The position numbers and the translations under genes are program-made. Below are positions 47,617 to 55,472 of a stretch of 64,000 bases of DNA, one piece after another. Each line of letters begins with the position of its first letter. The stretch's first letter is position 1. The DNA lies in NCBI GenBank assembly GCA_963721385.1, contig CAVRJB010000008.1, positions 42,074 through 106,073 of the forward strand, in the 5' to 3' direction. Source of the stretch: an uncultured Acidobacteriota bacterium. GTDB taxonomy: Bacteria; Acidobacteriota; Thermoanaerobaculia; UBA5066. The notes beneath the pieces were generated by a model. It did no database searches and was not told the DNA's origin. It saw nothing but the letters and a program-made list of their open reading frames with translations.

Positions 47617-48090
47617 GTGACAAATATCCGCACGTCGAGTTCAGTCCTTCTTGCGGCAGCGATGAGCTCGTTCGCAATCGCTCTCGTTCACCTCGGCATC
47701 ATGTTCATGGGCGCTCCGGGCTACCGTTACTTCGGTGCGCCGGGACTCGCCGTTCAAGTGGAGCGTGGGTCCTCGGTGCCCGCGTTTCTCTGTATTGGCG
47801 TCGCCGCGCTCCTTGGCCTTTGGGGTCTCTACGCCCTCGCAGGGGCAGGCCGGATCCGACCGCTGCCTCTGCTTCGCGCAGGCATCCTTCTCATCGGTAC
47901 TATCTACCTCCTCCGGGGGTTGCTCGGGCTCCCGCAACTCGTCTGGGTACTCGCCGGGCGCAACGTGGCACCCCTCCGATACCTCCTCTTCTCTCTGGTG
48001 TCGGGCGTCACTGGCGTGCTCTATCTCGCCGGCCTCTTTGGACTTCGGCGTGCCACACGCGCCACCTTCGAGGAGCACCGTGCTGCCTGA
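47617..48090 (+). CDS. cassette ORF: small integral membrane protein (4 TM), unknown function
   Basis: GTG start 35 nt after the R' core. The TGA stop is embedded in the next GCCTGAC core. Confidence 0.5.
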   Translation: MTNIRTSSSVLLAAAMSSFAIALVHLGIMFMGAPGYRYFGAPGLAVQVERGSSVPAFLCIGVAALLGLWGLYALAGAGRIRPLPLLRAGILLIGTIYLLRGLLGLPQLVWVLAGRNVAPLRYLLFSLVSGVTGVLYLAGLFGLRRATRATFEEHRAA

Positions 48091-48174
48091 CCCCTCGCTC
48101 CAGCGGACGCGCTAGCGATCGCCACCGGCTCGTGGCGGGAATTTGCTCACGACGTGCTGGCGCGCAAGTGACGG
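48085..48174 (+). other. degenerate attC-like site (R'' GCCTGAC overlapping the stop codon; 5' arm homologous to the 46397/46987 copies; R' decayed to GTGACGG)
   Basis: GCTCCAGCGGACGCGCTAGCGATCGCC aligns to GCTGCAGCGGACTCGCTTGCGCTCGCC. Confidence 0.45.
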
Positions 48175-48202
48175 TGGCGCCTTCGGGGCGCTCCTCCTGA
48201 CC

Positions 48203-48685
48203 TCACTTCGCCGCGGGTGGCGCGGGAGGGAGCGAGGTCCGGGAGTAGAGGCCGACCGGGTGACCGGCCGGATCCACGACGAGGCCGATGGCCCCGGTGC
48301 CGTCCGTCAGATTGAAGGGAAATCCGGGAATGACCGTTCCCCCCAGCTCTTTCGCCTTCCTGCAGCTGGCCAGGATGTCGATCACCTGGACGTAGACGAC
48401 GCCGTTGAAGGGGCTGATCTTCCCCTCCGCGACCCGCAGCGTCCCGATGGCGGTGCCGCTCGCGACGATCTCCGCCGCCAGGTCGGTGCCCGGCACCGGG
48501 TTGAATTTCCAGTCGAAGAGCTTGCCGTAGAATTCCTTCGCCTGTGCGAGGTTGGTCGTGGAGATGTCGAACCAGGCGATGCGCCCCGGTCCGACATCGG
48601 CGGGGGGAGCCTTCTGCGTCGCCGCCGGAAGCGGTCCGGTCAAGAGGGTCATGACCATGGTGATCGCCGAGATCGCGTTTCGCAT
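48203..48685 (-). CDS. VOC (glyoxalase-like) family protein with signal peptide, in inverted orientation relative to neighbouring cassette ORFs
   Basis: 160 aa with a VOC fold pattern. Confidence 0.65.
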   Translation of the reverse strand: MRNAISAITMVMTLLTGPLPAATQKAPPADVGPGRIAWFDISTTNLAQAKEFYGKLFDWKFNPVPGTDLAAEIVASGTAIGTLRVAEGKISPFNGVVYVQVIDILASCRKAKELGGTVIPGFPFNLTDGTGAIGLVVDPAGHPVGLYSRTSLPPAPPAAK

Positions 48686-48699
48686 CGCCGCCCTCCTGG

Positions 48700-48779
48700 C
48701 TCACATTCGCGGGGGAGGGCCCGAATGCTAGCACCGGGCAGAAAGCCCCTCTGCGCCGGGCGCGAGGTCGTCGGGCGTC
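48700..48779 (+). other. possible decayed attC-like 3' arm (GCGCGAGGTCGTCGGGCG, compared with consensus GCGCGGTATCGTCAGGCCG)
   Basis: Partial similarity only. Confidence 0.3.
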
Positions 48780-48852
48780 ACAAGTCATCCCTCGGCGCTC
48801 CCGTGGTCGGTCGAATCCTCGACCCCGGCCAAACGTCGAACTGAAAGGCGAG

Positions 48853-49305
48853 GTGATCATGCCCACAGGTACCGTCCGGCTTCACCGCGTGCTCCGTGCC
48901 AAGCCCGACCGCGTCTATCGGGCCTTCCTGGACGCCGACGCCATGGCCAAATGGCTGCCACCCTACGGTTTCACCTGCAAGGTCCACCACCTGGATGCCC
49001 GGGTGGGCGGCACCTACAGGATGTCGTTCACGAACTTCGGCACGGGTCACGGCCACTCCTTCGGCGGCGAGTACAAGGAGCTGGTGCCGAACGAGAAGCT
49101 CCGCTACACGGACAAGTTCGACGACCCGAACCTGCCCGGGGAGATGCTGACGACGGTGACCCTGAAGCCCGTGTCGTGCGGCACCGAGCTGAACGTCGTG
49201 CAGGAGGGTCTGCCGGAGTTCATTCCCGTCGAAATGTGCTATCTCGGCTGGCAGGAATCGCTCGAGCAGCTCGCGAAGCTCGTCGAGCCCGAGATTCCGG
49301 GGTAA
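48853..49305 (+). CDS. SRPBCC superfamily protein (AHSA1 / activator-of-Hsp90-ATPase-like)
   Basis: 150 aa with a conserved N-terminal RVYRAFLDADAMAKW motif. Confidence 0.65.
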   Translation: MIMPTGTVRLHRVLRAKPDRVYRAFLDADAMAKWLPPYGFTCKVHHLDARVGGTYRMSFTNFGTGHGHSFGGEYKELVPNEKLRYTDKFDDPNLPGEMLTTVTLKPVSCGTELNVVQEGLPEFIPVEMCYLGWQESLEQLAKLVEPEIPG

Positions 49306-49367
49306 CGGGGTTCCGCCGGATTCCTTGCTCCGGCGGACGACGCGCGGGAGACCGAAGGAGGCAGGGG

Positions 49368-49862
49368 ATGGATCCCGAGACGGTTCAGGAACTGCAGGCG
49401 TACAACACGTGGGCGAACGGGCGGATCCTGGACGCGGTGGCGCGCCTCGATTCAGACGGGTTCAAACGCGCCCTCGGCGGGAGCTTTCCGTCTGTCCAGG
49501 CCACGCTGACGCACATGGTCTGGGCGGAGTGGCTCTGGCTCGAGCGGTGGCAGGACCGCTCGCCGAAGGAACTGTTCGCGGCGGAGGAGTTTCCGTCCGT
49601 CCCGGACCTGAGGGCCCGGTGGAGCCCGGTCCAGGCCGCGCAGAAGACCTTCGTCGCGGCGCTGACGCCGGAGAGGCTTCAGCGGGTCGGCCGCTACACG
49701 AACCGGAAGGGGGAGACGTGGGAGTACGCCCTCTGGCGGCAGATCCACCACCTCTTCAACCACTCGACCTACCACCGCGGCCAGGTGACCAACATGCTCC
49801 GGCTTCTCGGCGCCCAGCCGGCGGTGACGGACTTCCTGGACTACTGGGACGAAGGCCGGTAG
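49368..49862 (+). CDS. DinB/YfiT-like (DinB_2) metal-dependent four-helix-bundle protein
   Basis: NTWANGRIL...HMVWAEWLW...HHLFNHSTYHRGQ pattern. Confidence 0.7.
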   Translation: MDPETVQELQAYNTWANGRILDAVARLDSDGFKRALGGSFPSVQATLTHMVWAEWLWLERWQDRSPKELFAAEEFPSVPDLRARWSPVQAAQKTFVAALTPERLQRVGRYTNRKGETWEYALWRQIHHLFNHSTYHRGQVTNMLRLLGAQPAVTDFLDYWDEGR

Positions 49863-49961
49863 GCGTGCGACTCCGGACGACCGTGGACAGATCAACATGA
49901 TCAGGAAGAGGATGAAGCCGTAGCTGACGGCCTCCGGTCCGCCGGGGGGAGGGCTTGATCC

Positions 49962-50885
49962 GTGCACATCCTGCAGGCCATCGGGAAGACGTCTCTCGTA
50001 AGGCTTCGCAAGGTCGTCCCGCCTGGCTGCGCGGAGATCCACGTGAAGCTGGAGTGGGAGAACCCCACGGGCAGCATGAAGGACCGGATGGCGCTGGCCG
50101 TGATCTCGCGGGCCGAGGAGGACGGGCGCCTCCAGCCGGGAGACACCGTCGTCGAGTACACGGGGGGGAGCACGGGCGCGTCGCTGGCGCTCGTCTGCGC
50201 CGCCAAGGGCTACCCGATCCGGCTCGTCACGTCCGACGCGTTCAGCCGGGAGAAACGGGATCACATGGCGGCCCTCGGTGCAGAGCTGACGATCGTCCCG
50301 AGCGAGGGCGGGCTCAGCACCAGAAAACTGTTCCAGGACATGATCGAGACCGCCCGCAGGATGAGCCTGGAGCCTCACACCTACTGGATCGACCAGCTCA
50401 ACAACCGGGACAGCATCGCGGGCTACACCTCGCTGGGCGAGGAGATCTGGAGCCAGACGACCGGAGAGGTCGACGCCTTCGTTCAATCCGCCGGTACGGC
50501 GGCTTCTTCGCGCGGGGTCGCCACGGTGCTGAAGCGGTACAAACCGGGCGTCGCGATCGTCGTCGTCGAACCCGCGGAATCCTCGGTGCTGCGGGGAGGC
50601 CCGGCCGGTGCTCACGGGATCGAAGGAATCGGGATCGGCAGCACTCCCCCGCTCTGGGAGCCGACGCTCGTGGACGAGATCCTGTCCGTCAGCACGGACG
50701 ACGCGGAAAAGATGGCGAGGCGGCTCGCGCGGGAGGAGGCTCTCTTCGCGGGGACCTCGTCCGGCGCGAACGTCGTCGCCGCGATCCGGGTCGCCGAGCG
50801 GCTCGGTCCGGGCGCACGGGTGGTCACGTTGATGGTCGACTCCGGCCTGAAGTACCTGAGCACCGACGTCTACAGGCGAAAGTAG
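49962..50885 (+). CDS. PLP-dependent cysteine synthase family protein (CysK/CysM-like)
   Basis: PTGSMKDR lysine motif and a GSTGASLA-like glycine loop. GTG start. Confidence 0.75.
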   Translation: MHILQAIGKTSLVRLRKVVPPGCAEIHVKLEWENPTGSMKDRMALAVISRAEEDGRLQPGDTVVEYTGGSTGASLALVCAAKGYPIRLVTSDAFSREKRDHMAALGAELTIVPSEGGLSTRKLFQDMIETARRMSLEPHTYWIDQLNNRDSIAGYTSLGEEIWSQTTGEVDAFVQSAGTAASSRGVATVLKRYKPGVAIVVVEPAESSVLRGGPAGAHGIEGIGIGSTPPLWEPTLVDEILSVSTDDAEKMARRLAREEALFAGTSSGANVVAAIRVAERLGPGARVVTLMVDSGLKYLSTDVYRRK

Positions 50886-50913
50886 CCCGCGATATCGTTC
50901 CCGAAGATCCCCG

Positions 50914-51733
50914 ATGATCATCGGCCTCGCGTCGCCGCGCATCGCCTCGACCCTCGACGAGGGCCTGGAGAAGATCGAGCGGCTCCTGTCCGAAGCTTCG
51001 GCCCGCGGAGCGGAGATCGTCTGCTTCCCGGAAGCCTATCTCCCGGGCCTCCGGGGACAGGACTTCGAGGTCTTCCCCTTTGACGAGATGCAGCAGGAAC
51101 GGGCGTTTCGGACCGTGGCGCAGTGGGCGCGAACGTACGCGGTCGCCACGATCCTCGGGATGGAGAGGCTCAGCCCGGCGGGCAGGCAGATCGTCGCCTT
51201 CGTCATCGACGCCCAGGGCGAGCTTCAGGGATATCAGACCAAGAACCAGCTCGACCCGACCGAAGACAGGTTCTATGTGCCCGGAGATACCCGGCGACTC
51301 TTCGAGATCAACGGGGTCAAGTTCGGAGTGGCGATTTGCCATGAAGGCTGGCGCTATCCCGAGACGGTGCGATGGGCGGCGGCGCGGGGCGCCAAGATCG
51401 TCTTTCATCCCCAGCACACGGGGACCGAGCGCGACGGCGTCCGGCTGACGGAGTGGGGCGCGGCCGGCGAATCCCTACTACGAGAAGGCGATGACGATGC
51501 GCAGCCTCGAGAACACGATCTACTTCGCCAGCGTCAATTACGCGTTGCGCTTCCAGGAATCGGCGACGAGCCTCATCGACCCGACAGGCAAGTGCCAGGC
51601 GTATCTCCCCTATGGGCAGGAAGGCCTGCTGGTGCAGGCCATCGACGTCGAGGAGGCCACCGGATTGCTGGCAATCCGATATGCCCCCGAGCGCCATCGG
51701 GAATTCCTCTCCGACGAAAGGAGGGGCTCATGA
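50914..51733 (+). CDS. carbon-nitrogen hydrolase (nitrilase superfamily); apparent +1 indel near 51475
   Basis: E-K-C triad context (CFPEAY..., ...GVAICHEGWRYPE). The C-terminal part (NPYYEKAMTMRSLENTIYFASVN...) continues in the frame of ORF 51491..51733. Confidence 0.65.
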
Positions 51734-51776
51734 CGGTTTCCTCACGCCAGATGGCGCTGAAGTCATCGTCGACCGT

Positions 51777-52139
51777 ATGAGGCCTCGCGAGCTCGTCCGG
51801 GCCTGGGTCGAGGCCTTCAACCGGGCCGATGCCGACGCGCTCGCGGCCTTCTACGCCGAGGACGCCGTCAACCACCAGGTCGCCGAGGCCCCGGTGAAGG
51901 GCCGCGAAGCCATCCGCGAGATGTTCGCCTCCGGGTTCGCGTCGGCGACCATGGTCTGCCTCGTGGAAAACCTCTTCGAGGACGGCGAGTGGGCGATCCT
52001 CGAGTGGCGCGATCCGCTCGGCCTCCGGGGCTGCGGCTTCTTCCACGTGGTGAACGACAGGATCGTCTTCCAGCGAGGCTACTGGGACAAGCTCTCCTTC
52101 CTGAGATCCCGGGGCCTGCCGATGCCGGAAGATCCGTGA
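51777..52139 (+). CDS. NTF2-like / SnoaL-like protein
   Basis: 120 aa with a LVRAWVEAFNRADADALAAFYAEDAV pattern. Confidence 0.6.
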   Translation: MRPRELVRAWVEAFNRADADALAAFYAEDAVNHQVAEAPVKGREAIREMFASGFASATMVCLVENLFEDGEWAILEWRDPLGLRGCGFFHVVNDRIVFQRGYWDKLSFLRSRGLPMPEDP

Positions 52140-52158
52140 GCCCCGCAGGAGGTCCGCC

Positions 52159-52518
52159 ATGGAACCGGTCAACCTGAAGGACAAGCTCGCTCTCTTCTCG
52201 ACCCGTTGGGACCCCAAGATCGTCGGAGAGCTGAACGGCCAGCACGTGAAGCTCGTGAAGTTCCTCGGCCCGTTCATCTGGCACCGGCACGAGAACGAGG
52301 ACGAGCTGTTTCTCGTCCTCCGGGGCTCGTTCGAGATGGAGTTCCGGGATCGCACCGTTCCCGTTCGGGAAGGGGAGTTCCTGATCGTCCCCCGCGGCGT
52401 CGAGCATCGCCCCGTCGCCGAATCCGAGGTCCACGTCCTCCTCTTCGAGCCGGTCTCCACGCTCAATACGGGCGACGTTCGGGGACCGCTCACCGTGAGC
52501 CAACCGGAATGCATCTGA
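52159..52518 (+). CDS. cupin domain protein
   Basis: HRHENEDELFLVLRG...VPRGVEHRP are the two cupin motifs. Confidence 0.7.
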   Translation: MEPVNLKDKLALFSTRWDPKIVGELNGQHVKLVKFLGPFIWHRHENEDELFLVLRGSFEMEFRDRTVPVREGEFLIVPRGVEHRPVAESEVHVLLFEPVSTLNTGDVRGPLTVSQPECI

Positions 52519-52539
52519 GTCTCTCCGTCCCGGGACCCG

Positions 52540-52590
52540 TTTGCGCCGGCCGCTGTTCGCGGTATCGTCACGGGGCACCAAAACGCACCG
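52540..52590 (+). other. remnant 3' arm of an attC-like site (GCCGCTGTTCGCGGTATCGTCACGG) upstream of the next ORF
   Basis: Homologous to the GCCGCTGAGCGCGGTATCGTCAGGC arms at 46430 and 47020. Confidence 0.4.
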
Positions 52591-52614
52591 CGGGGAGACA
52601 GGAGGGACCGAAGC

Positions 52615-53031
52615 ATGTCCGAGGCCCAGAACGCAGCTCTCGCGCGGCGCGTCATCGACGAGGCCTTCAACAACAAACGCTCGGAGGCGGTCCGCGAGCT
52701 CCTGCACCCGAAAGCGGTCGGCCACCTCGAGGGGTTCGAGGTGCGTGGGCCGGAGGGCTTCCTCCCCGCGTGGGCCAGTTCTCTCGGCGCGTTTCCCGAC
52801 CTCAAGGTCATCATCCAGGACCTCATGGCGCAGGGGGACTCCGTCGCGGTCCGGTGGACGGCCTCCGGCCTGCATACCGGGCCGCACCTCGGCATCGCGC
52901 CGTCCATGAAGCTCGTCGCGTTCCGCGGCATCACGTGGCTCCGCTTCTCGGAGGGGAAGATCATCGAATGGTGGGAATCCTGGAACCAGGGCCGGCTCTT
53001 CAGCGAGCTGCAGCAGGCCCGCAAGGACTGA
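52615..53031 (+). CDS. SnoaL-like ester cyclase family protein
   Basis: 138 aa. ALARRVIDEAFNN...AVRWT pattern of the ester cyclase / SnoaL_2 family. Confidence 0.6.
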   Translation: MSEAQNAALARRVIDEAFNNKRSEAVRELLHPKAVGHLEGFEVRGPEGFLPAWASSLGAFPDLKVIIQDLMAQGDSVAVRWTASGLHTGPHLGIAPSMKLVAFRGITWLRFSEGKIIEWWESWNQGRLFSELQQARKD

Positions 53032-53035
53032 AGGC

Positions 53036-53398
53036 GTGAACAAGGCCACCACCAGCATCCGCGTCTTCGGGATCTACCTCCTCGTCCTCGGCCCGCTCCT
53101 CATCCTCGTCCCGTCCGTCGTCCTCGGCCCGTTCGGCATTCCCGTGCCGTCCGATGTCTGGATCCGCGTCGTTGGCGTCCTCGCCGCCGTCCTCGGGTAT
53201 TACTACCTTCAGGCGTCGCGGTTCGGGCTCGTCCCGTTCTACCGGGCGACGGTCGCGGGACGCGGCTTCGTCTTCGTCTCGTTCCTCGCGTTCGCGCTGC
53301 TCGGACTCGCCCCGGCGACGCTGGTCCTCTTCGGAGCGGTCGACCTCGCCGGCGCCGCCTGGACCGCTCTCGGCCTCCGCTCGGCGCCGGGCGCCTGA
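53036..53398 (+). CDS. small membrane protein (3-4 TM), unknown function
   Basis: GTG start 5 nt after the upstream stop. Hydrophobic throughout. Confidence 0.45.
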   Translation: MNKATTSIRVFGIYLLVLGPLLILVPSVVLGPFGIPVPSDVWIRVVGVLAAVLGYYYLQASRFGLVPFYRATVAGRGFVFVSFLAFALLGLAPATLVLFGAVDLAGAAWTALGLRSAPGA

Positions 53399-53588
53399 CC
53401 CCCCGACGCAACCCGGAACTCGCCCCGTCCATGGCGGACGGGAACGGGCCTGTCCCATGCCGCGTCTGCATTTCGCCGTCGTCTTCGTCGCCCTCGCGGG
53501 CCTCGTCTTCGGCGCCTGCGTCGCGTCCGGGTCCCCGGCCCTTCCCCGCTGACGTCCAGGCCGATCTCGGTCAGAATCGGAAGCCGTC

Positions 53589-54047
53589 ATGCCCGAGCCC
53601 TTCCGTAAGAGTTTCCGCGTCCGCTGGGGCGATGTCGACTTCAACGGCCACATGGGAAACAGCGCGTATCTCGACCTCGCGAGCGACGTCCGGATGCTCT
53701 TTTTCGACGAGCACGGCTTTCCCGCGCGGAGGTTCCAGGAGCTCTCGATCGGACCCGTCATTCAGCGCGACGAGCTGGAGTACTTCCGGGAGCTGCGCCT
53801 CCTCGAGGAGATCACGGTGACCCTGGCGCTCGCGGGCCTCTCGGCGAATGGCGCCCGCTTCCGGCTCCGGAACGAGTTCGTCTCGGCCGACGGGACGCCC
53901 GCCGCCCGGGTCACGAGCCACGGTGGGTGGCTCGACCTCGCGGCGCGGAAGCTTGCGCCTCCCCCGAAGGAGCTCGCCGACGCCCTTCTCGCCATGGCCC
54001 AAACCCCCGACTTCGAGGAAATCCTCCCGCGGAAGGAGAGCCGATGA
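53589..54047 (+). CDS. acyl-CoA thioesterase, hotdog fold (YbgC/4HBT-like)
   Basis: FRVRWGDVDFNGHMGNSAYLDL is the hallmark 4HBT N-terminal motif. Confidence 0.7.
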   Translation: MPEPFRKSFRVRWGDVDFNGHMGNSAYLDLASDVRMLFFDEHGFPARRFQELSIGPVIQRDELEYFRELRLLEEITVTLALAGLSANGARFRLRNEFVSADGTPAARVTSHGGWLDLAARKLAPPPKELADALLAMAQTPDFEEILPRKESR

Positions 54048-54511
54048 AACCGAACCCTCGAACCGCCACGCTGCTCTTCCTCGTTGTGACGCTCGGCGGG
54101 GCATCGCCCCGGGCCCGGGCCGCCGAGCCCGCCGCGACCGCTCCCCCGGCTGACCGGCCCTACGTCGTCGAGTACTACTACAAGGCGAAGTGGGGGTACG
54201 CGGACGAGTTCTTCCGCCTCTTCCGGAAGAACCACCTGCCGGTCCTCCGGAAAGAGATCGAGATGGGGCGGATCCTGCAGGTGACGGCGGCGGCTCCCCG
54301 CTACCACGCGACCGAGGACGGCCGCTGGGACTACCGGGTCACGATCGTCTTCAAGAATGCCGCCGTCGCGACCGACGCCTTCGACCCCGAGACGATCACG
54401 AAGCAGCTCTACCCCGACCAGGAGACGTTCAAGCGGGAAGAGCAGCGGCGGTTCGAGATCCTGCTTGCGCACTGGGACCTCCCTTTGAAGGAAGTCGACC
54501 TGGGCAGGTAG
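54044..54511 (+). CDS. secreted hypothetical protein
   Basis: Signal peptide. ATG overlaps the upstream stop. No family recognised. Confidence 0.45.
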   Translation: MKPNPRTATLLFLVVTLGGASPRARAAEPAATAPPADRPYVVEYYYKAKWGYADEFFRLFRKNHLPVLRKEIEMGRILQVTAAAPRYHATEDGRWDYRVTIVFKNAAVATDAFDPETITKQLYPDQETFKREEQRRFEILLAHWDLPLKEVDLGR

Positions 54512-54554
54512 CGGTCTTCGACGACGTCGAGTGGAACGAACCTCGTGCAGCCCG

Positions 54555-54597
54555 GCTCGCCCCGCTTCGCCGTGCGCGATATCGTCGGAGCCGGGGG
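54555..54597 (+). other. remnant attC-like 3' arm (CTCGCCCCGCTTCGCCGTGCGCGATATCGTCGGAG) upstream of ridA
   Basis: Homology to the other copies. R' decayed to GTCGGAG. Confidence 0.35.
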
Positions 54598-54604
54598 AAA
54601 CACC

Positions 54605-55003
54605 ATGGCCCAGCGGCTCAACGTGTCGAGTGGCGGTCCGTGGGAAGCGCGCGTCGGCTATTCGCGCGCCGTCCGCATCGGGCCTCACGTCTTCGTGGCG
54701 GGCTCCACGGCGATGACGCCGGAAGGGCTCGTCGGCGAAGGAGACCCATATCGGCAGGCGGTCCAGGCTCTCCGGACGATCGAGGCCGCGCTCGCAAAGG
54801 CCGGGGCGGCGCTCGGGGACGTCGTGGCGACGCGGATGTACGTCACCGACATCTCCCATTGGGAAGCCGTGGGGCGCGCGCATGGCGAGATCTTCGGCTC
54901 CATCCGTCCGGCCGCGACGATGGTCCAGGTCGCGGCGCTCATCGACCCGAGGATGCTCGTCGAGATCGAGGTCCAGGCGTACGTGCCCGACCTCCGCGGC
55001 TGA
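54605..55003 (+). CDS. ridA: RidA family (YjgF / enamine-imine deaminase) protein
   Basis: 132 aa with a conserved ...TRMYVTDI...EIEV pattern. Confidence 0.75.
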   Translation: MAQRLNVSSGGPWEARVGYSRAVRIGPHVFVAGSTAMTPEGLVGEGDPYRQAVQALRTIEAALAKAGAALGDVVATRMYVTDISHWEAVGRAHGEIFGSIRPAATMVQVAALIDPRMLVEIEVQAYVPDLRG

Positions 55004-55011
55004 CGGCCGGG

Positions 55012-55461
55012 TCAGTCGACCAGCTTCGGCGTCACGAGGAGGTCGCGCCCCTCGCCCCGCACCGCCTTCGAGACGATGCAGTACTTCTCCGCGAGGGTGA
55101 GCGTCTTCTCGACGTCCTCCTGCCGCGCGGCCCAGACCGCCTTCGGGACGTAGGGGACGAGGTCGAACTTCGTCACCCGATAGCCTCCGTTCGGGTCCTT
55201 GTCCAGCTCGCAGCTCCCGTCGAGGACGGGGTTCTCGATCGGGACCTTCAGCTTCGCGAGGAAGATCGCCCACGTCTGGACGAAGCAGGTCGCGAGCGCC
55301 GAGAGGAGGAGCTCCTCCGGGTTCGTGACGCCGGTTTTCCCGCCGAGGCACGGGGCGGAGGAAACCGGGACCGCGAAGGTCCCGTCGGCGTTCTTCAGCC
55401 GCCCTTCCTTCGCCTCGGGGCTCCAGGTGGACGACACGTGAAAGACGTGCTCTTCGGACAT
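55012..55461 (-). CDS. OsmC/Ohr family peroxiredoxin
   Basis: Two conserved Cys in an OsmC context (APCLGG...ALATCF). Confidence 0.75.
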   Translation of the reverse strand: MSEEHVFHVSSTWSPEAKEGRLKNADGTFAVPVSSAPCLGGKTGVTNPEELLLSALATCFVQTWAIFLAKLKVPIENPVLDGSCELDKDPNGGYRVTKFDLVPYVPKAVWAARQEDVEKTLTLAEKYCIVSKAVRGEGRDLLVTPKLVD

Positions 55462-55472
55462 CGTTTTCCCCC

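Noticed and set aside
48810-48840. tRNA T-arm-like motif GGTCGGTCGAATCCTCGACC
   Set aside because: The loop would be 10 nt rather than 7. No acceptor, D or anticodon stems could be built around it. No tRNA, rRNA or CRISPR array was found anywhere in the window.
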